DNA of 64,000 nt from the NCBI GenBank assembly GCA_013426015.1, contig CP058998.1, positions 794,758-858,757 of the forward strand, in the 5' to 3' direction. The position numbers were made by a program, and so were the translations under genes. The notes beneath the pieces were generated by a model. That model was not told the origin of the DNA. It saw only the letters and a program-made list of their open reading frames with translations, and made no database searches. Source of the stretch: Candidatus Fermentimicrarchaeum limneticum. Lineage in GTDB: Archaea > Micrarchaeota > Micrarchaeia > Burarchaeales > Fermentimicrarchaeaceae. Shown in pieces: positions 17,982 through 28,463 of the stretch (positions within the stretch are counted from its first letter, which is position 1; every line of letters begins with the position of its first letter).

Positions 17982-20150
17982 TTACTCCTTCAACTTCTCC
18001 AGAATGTCAATTGCCGCTTTTTTATTCAGATGCCTGTTGTTGTTCCCGCACTGCGGGTCCAGTATGCAGGATGGACAACCTCTTTGACATTTGCATTTCA
18101 GCAGCCTCTCATGCGCCATCCTCTCAACTCTCTCAAACTTCTCAAAAATAATCTTTGATAGACCTGCGCCGTGAGGGGTTGAATCATAAACATACATCCT
18201 TCCCGCAGGGTAGCTCACTCCTCCAAGTTCAGAAGGGCCTGCCCCTGTGAGAGCGGGCATCATCGCAATTGAAACATGTTCAACAGCATGCAAACCAGAG
18301 GGAAAATCATCTGTGCCGAAAACAATTTCCTCAGGAAAGTCGAACCACACCGCAAGGGTGTCAAACGCATACTGCAGCGGCTCATCCAAAGGAATTCTGC
18401 TGCTTATCCTCTCCTTCAGATAATCCTTCAGCATGTAGCCGTAAACCTCATCAGAAATGTGAACTTTCCCGTAGAAGAGCTGCCCTCCCAGAGAATCCCT
18501 TTCCCCAAGAAGCTCAGTGACTTCAGCTTCCCGGTTGCGCAATGCGACTGTGTATTCCGAAGTCTCGTAGCCCAATCTCCGAACAAAAGCGGTCTTCTTC
18601 TCCAAATCCAGCTTCTCTGAAACGAACTTCTCCCCTCCGTGCAGGTAGATTGCACCTGGGAAGAGCTCGCTGTAAGCCATCGCCTCCTCCCTCTCCCCGA
18701 TGAACCTCTCGGCTTCCAAGTCGTATATTCTTACGGGGGACCCTGCGCTCCTTATGTTCATCTGCCTGAGCTGGCGCAATGCCTTCTTCGTGGGAATCCA
18801 GCCTCCTGCGAACTCCTTGCACATCTGCTCTTCCTTCAGCTCCGAGAAGAGCTGCTCGCCCATTGGAAATGCGAGAATCTCCTTCATGTCGGCGGGGTAA
18901 TCGCGCATAAGAGAAAGGAGATGAGGCTTCAGGATGAATTCATTCTGAGGGTTGACATAGCAGCTCTCCGGTTCGCCTTTAAGGTATTCATTCGGGTTTT
19001 CGAAGTAGTACTGGTCAAGCGGGTTGTCGCGGGCGATGAAGACTGCGTTTGCCCCCTTTCCCCTTCTGCCTGCCCTGCCGATTCTCTGGCGGACGCGCGT
19101 GACAGTTCCGGGAAAGCCCGCGAGAATTACGGAATCAACTGCTCCTATGTCCATTCCCAATTCCAATGCAGATGTTGTCACAAGCGCGTCCGTCCTGCCT
19201 GACTTGAACTCCTGCTCCAGCTTTTTTCTTTCCTCCCTGTCCAAGCCCGCGCGGTAGATTTTGATTCCGTGCATATTTGTCTCATGTGCAATAATTCCAA
19301 TCCTTTCAACGACAGAGTGGCTGTTGCCGAAGATGAGCAATTTCTTTCCATTGCCGATGAGCTGCCTTGCCGCCTTCAAAGCAAGAGAGGTGTAGCTCTC
19401 CCTTCCTTCATCTGTTATATTCGGATTCAACAGGGTGTGATTCACTGTGCTTCTTGGGGCATGGCGTGCATCAACCAAGGAGAAAGGCAAGCCCACAAGT
19501 TGCTCCGAGAATTCCAATGCGTTGCCGACAGTTGCAGAGCAGCATATGAACTGCAGCTGCTTCTTTGAGTATTTTGAGTGAACTCTTCTCAGACGCTTGA
19601 TTATGTTTGAGGAGTGGCTCCCGAATGTGCCTGTGTAGGTATGAATTTCATCTATCACAACGTATTTCAGAGAGTAGAGGAATTTCCTAAATAAATGCGA
19701 ATTCAAAAGGATGAAGTGCAGCATGTCCATGTTCGTTATGAGCACGTGGGGCAGCTCCTTTCTTATCTTCTCGCGCATGTGCGCGGAAGTGTCCCCATCA
19801 TATACCTCGCTCTTCACTCCAAGCAATGCAAATTCGCGGAAGCGCGTAAGCTGGTCTCTTGAAAGTGCTTTTGTTGGATAAATCACAATGCTTCTTTCCC
19901 CTTGCAGAGCACCTTCTATGATTGGGATGAGGTAGATTTCGCTCTTGCCAGAAGCAGTCGGAGCGGTTACAACAACATTCTTCACTCTCCTCACCTTTCT
20001 TATCCCTTCAACTTGATGCTTGTAGAATTTCTCAATTCCTCTTGAGTTCAGCACCCCCATTATCTCCTTTGGAACTTCAATCTCGCCGAAGCGCGCAGAG
20101 TCTCCTTTCTCAAGGAACTCCTTCATTTCGGCATCTAAGGAAAGCATCAA
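17982..20150 (-). CDS. DEAD/DEAH-box helicase with a C-terminal DUF1998 (MrfA/YprA-like) zinc-binding domain
   Basis: Motif I VVTAPTASGKS, a DEIH box in VVIDEIHTYTG, helicase-C motifs, and a C-terminal CKCQRGCPSCILDPQCGN cysteine cluster. Confidence 0.8.
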   Translation of the reverse strand: MMLSLDAEMKEFLEKGDSARFGEIEVPKEIMGVLNSRGIEKFYKHQVEGIRKVRRVKNVVVTAPTASGKSEIYLIPIIEGALQGERSIVIYPTKALSRDQLTRFREFALLGVKSEVYDGDTSAHMREKIRKELPHVLITNMDMLHFILLNSHLFRKFLYSLKYVVIDEIHTYTGTFGSHSSNIIKRLRRVHSKYSKKQLQFICCSATVGNALEFSEQLVGLPFSLVDARHAPRSTVNHTLLNPNITDEGRESYTSLALKAARQLIGNGKKLLIFGNSHSVVERIGIIAHETNMHGIKIYRAGLDREERKKLEQEFKSGRTDALVTTSALELGMDIGAVDSVILAGFPGTVTRVRQRIGRAGRRGKGANAVFIARDNPLDQYYFENPNEYLKGEPESCYVNPQNEFILKPHLLSLMRDYPADMKEILAFPMGEQLFSELKEEQMCKEFAGGWIPTKKALRQLRQMNIRSAGSPVRIYDLEAERFIGEREEAMAYSELFPGAIYLHGGEKFVSEKLDLEKKTAFVRRLGYETSEYTVALRNREAEVTELLGERDSLGGQLFYGKVHISDEVYGYMLKDYLKERISSRIPLDEPLQYAFDTLAVWFDFPEEIVFGTDDFPSGLHAVEHVSIAMMPALTGAGPSELGGVSYPAGRMYVYDSTPHGAGLSKIIFEKFERVERMAHERLLKCKCQRGCPSCILDPQCGNNNRHLNKKAAIDILEKLKE

Positions 20151-20230
20151 TATAATTTTGCAGGAAATTAATAAACAGGCTTCGTTTGGGTTTAAACAGT
20201 TCGGATGGCATAATTCAAGGTGGTGAAACT

Positions 20231-20752
20231 ATGCCGACAAAGATTGCGGTTGAGGAGACTTTCGGCGATTTCCGCATTGAGAGAATCAAGCCGACTGAAG
20301 ACGGGAAGCTTTCTGTAAAAGCGGGGCATTTCGACATAACAGCCGATATAGAAGGAAACGCTAACGTGATGAGGAGGGTGAAAACTCCTTGCGGCAATCT
20401 TGTCAAATGGATTGGCAGATTCAAGGATGACAAGGTTTTGTTCACAAAGGAAGCGGCTGAAAAGTTTATATATGCCGAGTTCACCCTGAAGGAAGGGAAG
20501 CCTTACATGGATTTCACGCTCACCCCGAAGAAGGAGGTTCTGACGGAGATTAGAGTGAAGGTTGGCAAGGATTGGCTTGTTGGAATGGATGGGATGGAGC
20601 TCATTGTGAAGAAGAAGGATGAACTGCATGGGAAGACGGCATTCGTCGGAAATGTGGAGCAGTTGGTCCCGTACAAGGACGAAATACTGGAGGCCGCATC
20701 TCTCCAGAAGGATGTTCTAAACCTGTTTAAGAATCCTAGAGCGAAGGAGTGA
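20231..20752 (+). CDS. hypothetical protein
   Basis: ORF with coding composition. The start was taken at MPTKIAVEE. No motif recognised. Confidence 0.4.
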   Translation: MPTKIAVEETFGDFRIERIKPTEDGKLSVKAGHFDITADIEGNANVMRRVKTPCGNLVKWIGRFKDDKVLFTKEAAEKFIYAEFTLKEGKPYMDFTLTPKKEVLTEIRVKVGKDWLVGMDGMELIVKKKDELHGKTAFVGNVEQLVPYKDEILEAASLQKDVLNLFKNPRAKE

Positions 20753-20833
20753 CTTGAAGGGCTGAAGGATGCAAAGGATGGTGAGGAGCGGGCGAAGACT
20801 ATAAAAAACATGAGAGGATTTGAGTCTCCTTAA

Positions 20834-21838
20834 TTGTTTAAATACTGGAAAATGCATAATCTACTAATGGCGATGCTGAAGAGTATGCATGAAGGATTTG
20901 CAGTGGAAAAAATAGAAGTGAGAAGGCAGGATTATACTGAGGCTAGGCTGAGAAAGGGCGAGATAGACCCGGATGTGTTTCTGGAGATAATGAGAAAGGT
21001 CCCTGCAACCGAATCGCAGAGGGAGAGGTTTTTCGGGGGAGGGAATTCATTCCTCGCTGCTTTTGAGATGAGGGATGACAAAAGGGCACACTTCCTGGGG
21101 ATAGTTGTTGAGAAGAGCGGAGTTATAAGGATGGGCAAGCTTCCCCCTCTGAGGGATGTGCTGGTGGGACACCCCCAAACCACCCATTACGAAATCACCT
21201 GCGCAATGCCAGAGGAGAGGATTGCAAAAGCAATATGCGAGAAGGTGAAAAGCATGCCGGATTTCAAGGGAGGCGTTTGGGTGAAAGAGCCATCTTTTCA
21301 TGAAGTTGAGCTAAGGCATGTTGGAAACGAGCTTGCGGGAGAAGACGGCGAGAAGAGGATTCGGCTAAAATTGGGAAAGAGCAAAAGAATAGTAAGAATG
21401 AGGGAGGAGGTAGGAGACGATAAAGAGGGGTATAGACTGGAGTATGTCTTTACGATGAGGGGCATACTCACAAGGATTGAGATTGAGAAGCCGTTTGGCA
21501 AGCAGATTGGCTTGATAGAACCCAGAAAACTGACAACTGAAGTGAATGAACAGGTTAAAAAAGGCAAGTATGGGGGAGTTGAGAAGAAAGGGGAAACGAT
21601 GGAGATGCGGGAGAGAATTGGGGAGGTTGATGCGAAGTACACACTCACCAACATGGGCAAGCCAGTTAGGATAGACATTGAAGGGGATGCTTTTCCTGAA
21701 GGTTTGGTTATAAGGCCGAGAAAGATTCAGAAAAGGATGAGGGAGTTTCTGGCGGATGAACAGGTTAGAGAGTGGGTTGAGGAGGAGTCCGCAAAGAGGA
21801 AGCTGAGAAAAGAGTTGAGATCAAAGCTCATTAAATAG
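20834..21838 (+). CDS. hypothetical protein, 334 aa
   Basis: ORF with coding composition and a K/E-rich C-terminus. No motif recognised. Confidence 0.4.
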   Translation: MFKYWKMHNLLMAMLKSMHEGFAVEKIEVRRQDYTEARLRKGEIDPDVFLEIMRKVPATESQRERFFGGGNSFLAAFEMRDDKRAHFLGIVVEKSGVIRMGKLPPLRDVLVGHPQTTHYEITCAMPEERIAKAICEKVKSMPDFKGGVWVKEPSFHEVELRHVGNELAGEDGEKRIRLKLGKSKRIVRMREEVGDDKEGYRLEYVFTMRGILTRIEIEKPFGKQIGLIEPRKLTTEVNEQVKKGKYGGVEKKGETMEMRERIGEVDAKYTLTNMGKPVRIDIEGDAFPEGLVIRPRKIQKRMREFLADEQVREWVEEESAKRKLRKELRSKLIK

Positions 21839-21839
21839 C

Positions 21840-22103
21840 TCACAGGCCGGCAAAGTCCTTCGAAGTCTTTCCTCTTGGGAAAACAGTTCCATTCTTTGCT
21901 GAGACTGGAATCTGGTACTCCTCTGAGAGTCTGAGCAGCTCGCTCATGTCTACGAACTTGTCTGCGAACAGCACAGGGTATTCGCCAATAGGTGAGGGGA
22001 TTCTCTTCACCACGAACTCCTGGAACTGCAGCGTTCCGGAGCGCATCACCCGTATGTCCACCTTCCCCAGTTTCAATGCATCCCTCGCGATTTTCGGCAG
22101 CAT
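21840..22103 (-). CDS. small hypothetical protein, 87 aa
   Basis: Begins 2 nt after the aminotransferase stop on the same strand, which suggests co-transcription. Confidence 0.3.
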   Translation of the reverse strand: MLPKIARDALKLGKVDIRVMRSGTLQFQEFVVKRIPSPIGEYPVLFADKFVDMSELLRLSEEYQIPVSAKNGTVFPRGKTSKDFAGL

Positions 22104-22104
22104 A

Positions 22105-23328
22105 TCAGCACCTCATTAGATTTTCGATTCCCTGCGCTACCTTTTCAAGGATTTCAACTGGAGGCAGCGCAGTGCTTCTCAGGTGGCTATCAAGCCCAAA
22201 ACCACTTCCTCGGGTCACCCACACATGCTCCCTTCTCAGCAGTTCTGTGCAGAAGTCCTTGTCATTCTTGAAGTTCGTCCTGCTCAGGTCAATCCTTGGA
22301 AAGAGGTAGAAAGCGCCCTTGACCTTCTGGCAGCTCACTCCCTGGATTTCGTTGAGCCTCTTCTGCATGAACTCCGCCCTCTCCCTTATGTTCTTGACCA
22401 TGTATTTCAGGAATCTGTTGTGCGCCTTGACGTTTCTCAGCGCTTCAATGCCGGCAATCTGGGCGGGCGTGCTGGCGGAAAGCCTCATTGTAACGAGGTT
22501 GCCAAGCCCTTCCCTGAGATTCCCAGAAGCTTCATCATCCTCGGGTATCGCGACCCAGCCGACCCTGAAGCCGGTTCCTGCCCAGTTCTTGGACAAGCCG
22601 TTCATTATCACATGGGGCACGCCCTTCGCAACCTCCCCTATGCATGTCATCTTCTCCTTTACAAGAATAATCTGGTCATAGATTTCATCCGAGATGATAA
22701 GCAGGTCGTTGTTCTTTGCAACCTCCACGACATCCTGCAGGTCCTTCCTGCTGCACATTGAACCAGTAGGGTTGTTCGGGTTGATTATGAGAATGAAGCG
22801 CAAATCCACTCCATCGCTTTTTGCTTTCCTTATCTTCTCCTCCAAATCGTCCTTTGAGGGAGCCCATCCATTCTCTTCATTGAGGCTGCTGAGCACTACC
22901 GTGCCGCCGAATAGTTTTATAGTGGGTGCATACGTGGGGTAATACGGATTGAATAGCACGGCTCCTTTGCCTTTGTCAATCAACGATTCAGTGAGGAACG
23001 TGACTGCCTCGCTGAGGCCTTGGGTGACGAATATTTTGGATGATTCAATATCCAGATTGTACATTCTTTTGTATCTCTTGGCAATCTCGTCAAGGAATTC
23101 AAAATCGCCAGGAGAGCGGGAGTAGGAAACCTTTCCCTCCTTCAGCGCTTTGCAGTATGCTTTCGTAACGTATTTCGCAGTTCCAAGGTACGGAACGGGG
23201 TCCCCTATGCTTGCGTTGTATATCTCTGCTCCGGTCTTCTTTATCTCTTCAGCTACCGGGAAGAGCTCCCTTATGGGATAGTAGGCGTGCTCCATACGTC
23301 CTGTGAGCGTGTTGTTTGAGAACGGCAT
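22105..23328 (-). CDS. class I/II aminotransferase (aspartate/alanine aminotransferase family)
   Basis: NPNNPTG motif and fold-type I PLP aminotransferase length. Confidence 0.85.
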   Translation of the reverse strand: MPFSNNTLTGRMEHAYYPIRELFPVAEEIKKTGAEIYNASIGDPVPYLGTAKYVTKAYCKALKEGKVSYSRSPGDFEFLDEIAKRYKRMYNLDIESSKIFVTQGLSEAVTFLTESLIDKGKGAVLFNPYYPTYAPTIKLFGGTVVLSSLNEENGWAPSKDDLEEKIRKAKSDGVDLRFILIINPNNPTGSMCSRKDLQDVVEVAKNNDLLIISDEIYDQIILVKEKMTCIGEVAKGVPHVIMNGLSKNWAGTGFRVGWVAIPEDDEASGNLREGLGNLVTMRLSASTPAQIAGIEALRNVKAHNRFLKYMVKNIRERAEFMQKRLNEIQGVSCQKVKGAFYLFPRIDLSRTNFKNDKDFCTELLRREHVWVTRGSGFGLDSHLRSTALPPVEILEKVAQGIENLMRC

Positions 23329-23434
23329 ACAAAACCTCGATTTAGTTAAGCTGGGAAAGTATTAAAAATATAGCTTCCGTCTTCCCGCAAATGACGAACA
23401 GTAATAAAAATGTATTTTATGAAATATACTTGGA

Positions 23435-25369
23435 GTGGACCAGATGGCGAAGAACGAGTTTGATTACGAAACCACCGGGGATATCGCAGTTCCGGAGAAG
23501 CTGATAGACCAGGTCATAGGGCAGGACAAGGCAGTCGCGATAATAAGGAAGGCGGCTAGGCAGAGGAGGAACATCCTGCTCATGGGCTCTCCCGGAACGG
23601 GCAAGTCAATGCTTGCGCAGGCGATGGCTGAGCTTATGCCTACCGAGGAATTGGAGGACGTGCTTATCTACCCAAACCCCCTTGACGAGAACACTCCAAT
23701 TGTGAGACTTGTGAAAACGTATCCCAAGGACAGGAAGCTTCCAAAAGGCGCTCCTGAAATCGGGGAGGGCAGGAGGGTAATCGAGGAAACCAGGATGAAG
23801 AGGGTCACGGGGGGAGGAGGGCTGTCCCCGTCTTTCATAATAATCAGCATGCTGGTTCTTGCCCTGCTTTACCTGTCTTTCTCCGGCGCCATCGAGGGGG
23901 ACAATAAGTGGATAATAGCTGCCGCAGTCCTCGGGCTTTTCATATTCGGGGCTGCGATGGTGCTTGCTTCGGGCGTTTCCAGGAGGGTGGGAATGTTCGA
24001 AAGCTCCGAACCGAAGCTCATAGTTGACAATTCCGGCAAGAAGAATGCCCCTTTTGTTGATGCAACGGGTGCAAAGGCAGGTGCATTGTTCGGGGACGTC
24101 AGGCACGACCCGTTACAGAGTGGCGGACTTGGAACTCCAGCGCACCTCAGGGTTGAGGCGGGAGCGATCCACAGGAGCAACAAAGGAGTTCTCTTCCTTG
24201 ATGAAGTTTCCTCCCTAGGACCAAGGTCGCAGCAGGAGCTCCTCACAGCAATGCAGGAGAAGAAGTATTCAATCACGGGTCAGAGCGAGATGAGCAGCGG
24301 CGCGATTGTGAAGACGGAGCCCGTGCCTGCTGACTTCGTCTTGGTCGCAGCCGGAAACCTCATAGACATCCAGAAGATGCATCCCGCGCTGCGCTCGAGG
24401 ATTAGAGGGAATGGCTACGAGATTTACATGGACGACACCATGCCCGACAACAAGGAGAATGAGTGGAAGCTTGTTAAGTTTGTTGCACAGGAGGTCAAGA
24501 AGGACGGGAAGATACCGCATTTCACAAAGGAGGCTGTTGAGGAGTTGGTTGAGGAGGGGAGGAGGAAGTCAGGTAGGAAGAAGAGGCTCAGCCTTAGGTT
24601 CAGGGAGCTCGGTGGGTTGGTGAGGGCTGCGGGAGACGTTGCAAGGGAGGAGGGTGCGAAGTTTGTTGAGTTAAAACACGTCACAAAGGCAAAAGGAGTT
24701 GCAAGGACGCTTGAGCAACAGGTCTCGCAGCAGATTATAGATGTCAGGAAGGACTACAAGGTTTTCAGGAACAGGGGGTATGCAGTTGGAAAGGTGAACG
24801 GGCTTGCGGTGATGGGCGACGGCTCTTCGGGCATAATAATGCCCATTGTTGCAGAGGTCACGCCAGCCTCCTCGAAGAGCGAAGGAAAACTGATTGCAAC
24901 AGGCAAGCTGGGTAAGATTGCTAAGGAGGCTGTTGAGAACGTCAGTGCGATAATAAAGAAGCACATCGGCAAGGACGTGTCGCAGTACGACATGCATGTG
25001 CAGTTCCTCCAGACTTATGAAGGGGTGGAGGGTGACAGCGCAAGCATCTCCATCGCAGTCTCGGTCATATCTGCCATGGAGGGGGTTGCAGTAGACCAGA
25101 GCCTTGCAATGACCGGCTCGCTGAGCGTGAGAGGAGAAGTCCTGCCTGTGGGAGGGATAACCGCCAAGATAGAAGCTGCGATAGACGCGGGAATGAAGAA
25201 GGTGATAATCCCGAAGGCAAACGAGGGAGACGTCTACCTGGGCAAGGAAAAGAGCGGCAAGATAAGGATAATTCCTGTGAGCAACATCATCGAGGTCCTG
25301 CAAGAATCGCTGAAGGAAAGCGGCAGAAAGGACGAGCTTATAAAGGACATGCAGGGGATTATAAGGTAG
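23435..25369 (+). CDS. lon: archaeal membrane-bound Lon protease LonB
   Basis: Walker A GSPGTGKS, an internal TM hairpin inserted in the AAA+ domain, and a C-terminal S16 domain with GDSASIS. Confidence 0.9.
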   Translation: MDQMAKNEFDYETTGDIAVPEKLIDQVIGQDKAVAIIRKAARQRRNILLMGSPGTGKSMLAQAMAELMPTEELEDVLIYPNPLDENTPIVRLVKTYPKDRKLPKGAPEIGEGRRVIEETRMKRVTGGGGLSPSFIIISMLVLALLYLSFSGAIEGDNKWIIAAAVLGLFIFGAAMVLASGVSRRVGMFESSEPKLIVDNSGKKNAPFVDATGAKAGALFGDVRHDPLQSGGLGTPAHLRVEAGAIHRSNKGVLFLDEVSSLGPRSQQELLTAMQEKKYSITGQSEMSSGAIVKTEPVPADFVLVAAGNLIDIQKMHPALRSRIRGNGYEIYMDDTMPDNKENEWKLVKFVAQEVKKDGKIPHFTKEAVEELVEEGRRKSGRKKRLSLRFRELGGLVRAAGDVAREEGAKFVELKHVTKAKGVARTLEQQVSQQIIDVRKDYKVFRNRGYAVGKVNGLAVMGDGSSGIIMPIVAEVTPASSKSEGKLIATGKLGKIAKEAVENVSAIIKKHIGKDVSQYDMHVQFLQTYEGVEGDSASISIAVSVISAMEGVAVDQSLAMTGSLSVRGEVLPVGGITAKIEAAIDAGMKKVIIPKANEGDVYLGKEKSGKIRIIPVSNIIEVLQESLKESGRKDELIKDMQGIIR

Positions 25370-26590
25370 CTATTTAATCAGGACTCTCTCACCGATGTCC
25401 GAGATTCTGTCAAAGTCAAAGTCCAGCCTGTGGCCGAAAGGTGTCTGGACGATTATGAACCCCTTTCTCTTGTCAACCCCAACTATCTTGCCTATGTAGG
25501 CTCCAAGCTCTGTCAGCACCTCCTTGCTCTCGAGCTTCATGGAAGTGAGAAGATCAACCTTTATCTTCTCCATTACTCGGAGCGAGATGAAGGCAACTAC
25601 TGTTCCTGCAATGAGGGTTTCAACGAAGTCAGAAAAGTAGACTCCTGCGAGTATCCACTGGCAGGCAACGGTGAATACCGCCCAGAGTATGAAAACGCTT
25701 ACCGCATACAGGCCGTATTTCACCACAGCATATTTCTTCCTCTCGTGCAGCAGGTCAATGATTTTTCCAAGTATTATCAGGGACACTGCCCAGGGAAGCA
25801 AAAGCAGCAGCCTGAGAAGGACATAGGCGGCAAGCTTTAGGGTTTCAGGAGTCTCCTGTGCTCGTACCAGGAACTCCTGGTAGCCCAGCACCAGTGAGAT
25901 TATCAGAAGCGGCAACGCTGAAAGGTAGAGTATGAAGCTGAGCTTCTCAACAGAGAATTGGAAATTTGAGAATGAGCGTATTATGTTTTCCTCGATGCCA
26001 AAACCCATGAGGAAGAGGTATATGCTTATCAACAATGCCGGCAGCTTCCAGCCAAGACCGAGCATCTCTCCTATGATGAGCAGCAGTATTATTATTGCCG
26101 GAACGCCCCATACTATCCTTGCATAGTGAGGCTCCTTCAGCTTCTCCAGAAGCACGAAGTATGTCTTCTCAAGCTCTTTGGCCTGCTTCATCACGACGAG
26201 CTTCACAGAGTCTATCTTCACCCTTGACTGGACTATGGGCATTATCTGTTCGTCGCTTGCACCGTCCGAGACAAGTATGCAGGAGTCGGCGCGGAAGTTC
26301 CTCAGCACGTAGTCAATCTGCTTCGCTATCTCCCTGTCTGCAAAGTACCCCAGAGCCCTGTCACCTGTCAGTGTTGCAATTTCAGCATTACTCTCCTTTG
26401 AAATTGAATCGTATATCCTCACTGCCTCGAACATGGTGTTGGCGTCGGTTTCCTCAGGGTCCTTCAGCGCCAGCTTTATGGCTGCGTCTATGTTTGCCTG
26501 CTTCCCTATTACTGGCCCAGAAATTTTCACCTTCTCGTACAGGTCGTTGTCCCTGTCGACGCACAGCACGAGAATCCTCTTCTTCGCCAT
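25370..26590 (-). CDS. DUF373-family archaeal membrane protein
   Basis: MAKKRILVLCVDRDNDL N-terminal soluble domain, followed by multiple TM helices. Confidence 0.5.
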   Translation of the reverse strand: MAKKRILVLCVDRDNDLYEKVKISGPVIGKQANIDAAIKLALKDPEETDANTMFEAVRIYDSISKESNAEIATLTGDRALGYFADREIAKQIDYVLRNFRADSCILVSDGASDEQIMPIVQSRVKIDSVKLVVMKQAKELEKTYFVLLEKLKEPHYARIVWGVPAIIILLLIIGEMLGLGWKLPALLISIYLFLMGFGIEENIIRSFSNFQFSVEKLSFILYLSALPLLIISLVLGYQEFLVRAQETPETLKLAAYVLLRLLLLLPWAVSLIILGKIIDLLHERKKYAVVKYGLYAVSVFILWAVFTVACQWILAGVYFSDFVETLIAGTVVAFISLRVMEKIKVDLLTSMKLESKEVLTELGAYIGKIVGVDKRKGFIIVQTPFGHRLDFDFDRISDIGERVLIK

Positions 26591-26758
26591 CACGCCACGA
26601 AAATGATATAACGAAAGAAGTATTATAATATTTGCCTGCAAGCATCTCAGCGGAGGGAACGGTAGGAAGAGGGCATTGATAGAAAGTTGGTACGAGGGGA
26701 TAGGTTTAAAAATAAGGTAAACTAATTAGATAACAAAAGGTTATATGAGGTGGTTTTG

Positions 26759-27223
26759 ATGAGGAGAGCGCAGGCGGCCATTGAGTATCTGATCATACTG
26801 GCTGTGGTCGTAATAATTGCCCTTATCGTCATTGGTGTTATTGGTGGTTTCCCAGGTATGACGAGAGGAGTTAGTGAGAGGGATTCTGCTGCTTACTGGG
26901 CAGGGGCGGATGTGGGCATAACGAGGTATTTCGTAGCCACAGGAACACCCACCACTCAGTTGATTGTCAGGAACAACAAACTGTTCCAGATAAACCTGAC
27001 GAACATAACTTTTGACGGCGGTAACGGTATAAACTACACAACTGGTGTGTTGATTTCCCCAGGTTCTGCGATATCGGTCAACATGACTGCTGCAGGCTGC
27101 GCAACAGGAGGGCAGTCATTCTCAAAGAACGTCGTGATAACGTACAAGGATGCAACATACGGCGTGCAGTACACGTTCACTGGGGAGAAGCCGCTGGTTG
27201 GAACCTGCCAGACTGCAACTTAA
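26759..27223 (+). CDS. class III signal peptide (DUF361) pilin-like protein, copy 1
   Basis: The N-terminus RRAQAAIEYLIILAVVVIIAL matches the prepilin-like QxxxEYL motif plus a hydrophobic helix. Confidence 0.65.
   Translation: MRRAQAAIEYLIILAVVVIIALIVIGVIGGFPGMTRGVSERDSAAYWAGADVGITRYFVATGTPTTQLIVRNNKLFQINLTNITFDGGNGINYTTGVLISPGSAISVNMTAAGCATGGQSFSKNVVITYKDATYGVQYTFTGEKPLVGTCQTAT
26771..27213 (+). repeat. 443-bp tandem direct repeat, unit 1 (pilin coding sequence)
   Basis: Identical at every position checked to 27352-27794, with a 581-bp period. Confidence 0.9.
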
Positions 27224-27228
27224 AATCC

Positions 27229-27249
27229 TTTGATTTTTTGTTTCTTTTT
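27229..27249 (+). terminator. oligo-T tract downstream of pilin copy 1
   Basis: TTTGATTTTTTGTTTCTTTTTA is repeated after copy 2 and is typical of archaeal oligo-T terminators. Confidence 0.4.
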
Positions 27250-27333
27250 ACTTACTCTGACTAGAGAAAGTTATTTATACGGCCTCTAATAATATCCATC
27301 CAGTTAGTTTATTGGTTACGAGGGGTGCATTTT

Positions 27334-27798
27334 ATGAAAATGAGAAAAGGACAGGCGGCCATTGAGTATCTGATCATACTGGCTGTGGTCGTAATAATTG
27401 CCCTTATCGTCATTGGTGTTATTGGTGGTTTCCCAGGTATGACGAGAGGAGTTAGTGAGAGGGATTCTGCTGCTTACTGGGCAGGGGCGGATGTGGGCAT
27501 AACGAGGTATTTCGTAGCCACAGGAACACCCACCACTCAGTTGATTGTCAGGAACAACAAACTGTTCCAGATAAACCTGACGAACATAACTTTTGACGGC
27601 GGTAACGGTATAAACTACACAACTGGTGTGTTGATTTCCCCAGGTTCTGCGATATCGGTCAACATGACTGCTGCAGGCTGCGCAACAGGAGGGCAGTCAT
27701 TCTCAAAGAACGTCGTGATAACGTACAAGGATGCAACATACGGCGTGCAGTACACGTTCACTGGGGAGAAGCCGCTGGTTGGAACCTGCCAGACCTAG
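27334..27798 (+). CDS. class III signal peptide (DUF361) pilin-like protein, copy 2
   Basis: Begins MKMRKGQAAIEYL and is 100% identical to copy 1 from QAAIEYL through TCQT. Confidence 0.65.
   Translation: MKMRKGQAAIEYLIILAVVVIIALIVIGVIGGFPGMTRGVSERDSAAYWAGADVGITRYFVATGTPTTQLIVRNNKLFQINLTNITFDGGNGINYTTGVLISPGSAISVNMTAAGCATGGQSFSKNVVITYKDATYGVQYTFTGEKPLVGTCQT
27352..27794 (+). repeat. 443-bp tandem direct repeat, unit 2
   Basis: Identical to 26771-27213. Confidence 0.9.
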
Positions 27799-27802
27799 GC
27801 TG

Positions 27803-27823
27803 TTTGATTTTTTGTTTCTTTTT
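27803..27823 (+). terminator. oligo-T tract downstream of pilin copy 2
   Basis: Same TTTGATTTTTTGTTTCTTTTTA as after copy 1. Confidence 0.4.
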
Positions 27824-27889
27824 AAATTCAACTCCTTAGGGGAAGCTATTTAAAGATTTTATGAGAAATACCTTCTACTCGTTTTTGGA

Positions 27890-28459
27890 GTGATATGGAT
27901 GGGTGAATTTTCCACGCCAGGGAAGCTGATAGGCACAGAGGAGGAGTTCGTTGGCGGCGAAGGAGTCTTCAACGATTGCGGCAGGCTCCATGCCCTATAC
28001 GCGGGCGAGGTTCTGGTTGACAAGCAGAAGGCCGTTTCTGTGAAACCTTTCCCTGCTGTGCCGAAGATGGTTGCGCCGGGCATGGTTGTCTACGGGAGGG
28101 TTGAGGACATATTCGAGCCGATAGCGCTTGTGAAGCTCGCACTGGTGGAATCCAAAGGCGCAAGACAGGCTCAGGGTGATTACTTCAGCGTACTGCACGT
28201 TTCAAATGTCAGACGAGGTTATGTGAGGAACCTCCGGGATGAGGTCAAGGTCGGCGATGTGATAAAGGCGCTCGTCACAGAGATAAGGAGGGGGGAGGTC
28301 TACCTCGATATAAAAAACCCGGATTTGGGGGTTGTGAAGGCATACTGCAGCAGATGCAGGGACCCCCTCTACCTGAAGGATAGGATACTGGTCTGCGGGT
28401 CATGCGGCAGCACGGAGAGAAGGAAGCTGTCCGATGAGTATTCCGCTGTTGAGAGGTGA
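27890..28459 (+). CDS. csl4: exosome RNA-binding subunit Csl4
   Basis: S1-like central domain and a C-terminal CxxC...CxxC zinc ribbon (CSRCRDP...CGSCGS), with the conserved csl4-rpoL neighbourhood. Confidence 0.8.
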   Translation: MIWMGEFSTPGKLIGTEEEFVGGEGVFNDCGRLHALYAGEVLVDKQKAVSVKPFPAVPKMVAPGMVVYGRVEDIFEPIALVKLALVESKGARQAQGDYFSVLHVSNVRRGYVRNLRDEVKVGDVIKALVTEIRRGEVYLDIKNPDLGVVKAYCSRCRDPLYLKDRILVCGSCGSTERRKLSDEYSAVER

Positions 28460-28463
28460 TTGT

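Noticed and set aside
24671-25303. 210-aa minus-strand ORF inside lonB.
   Set aside because: Antisense to the conserved S16 domain coding region.
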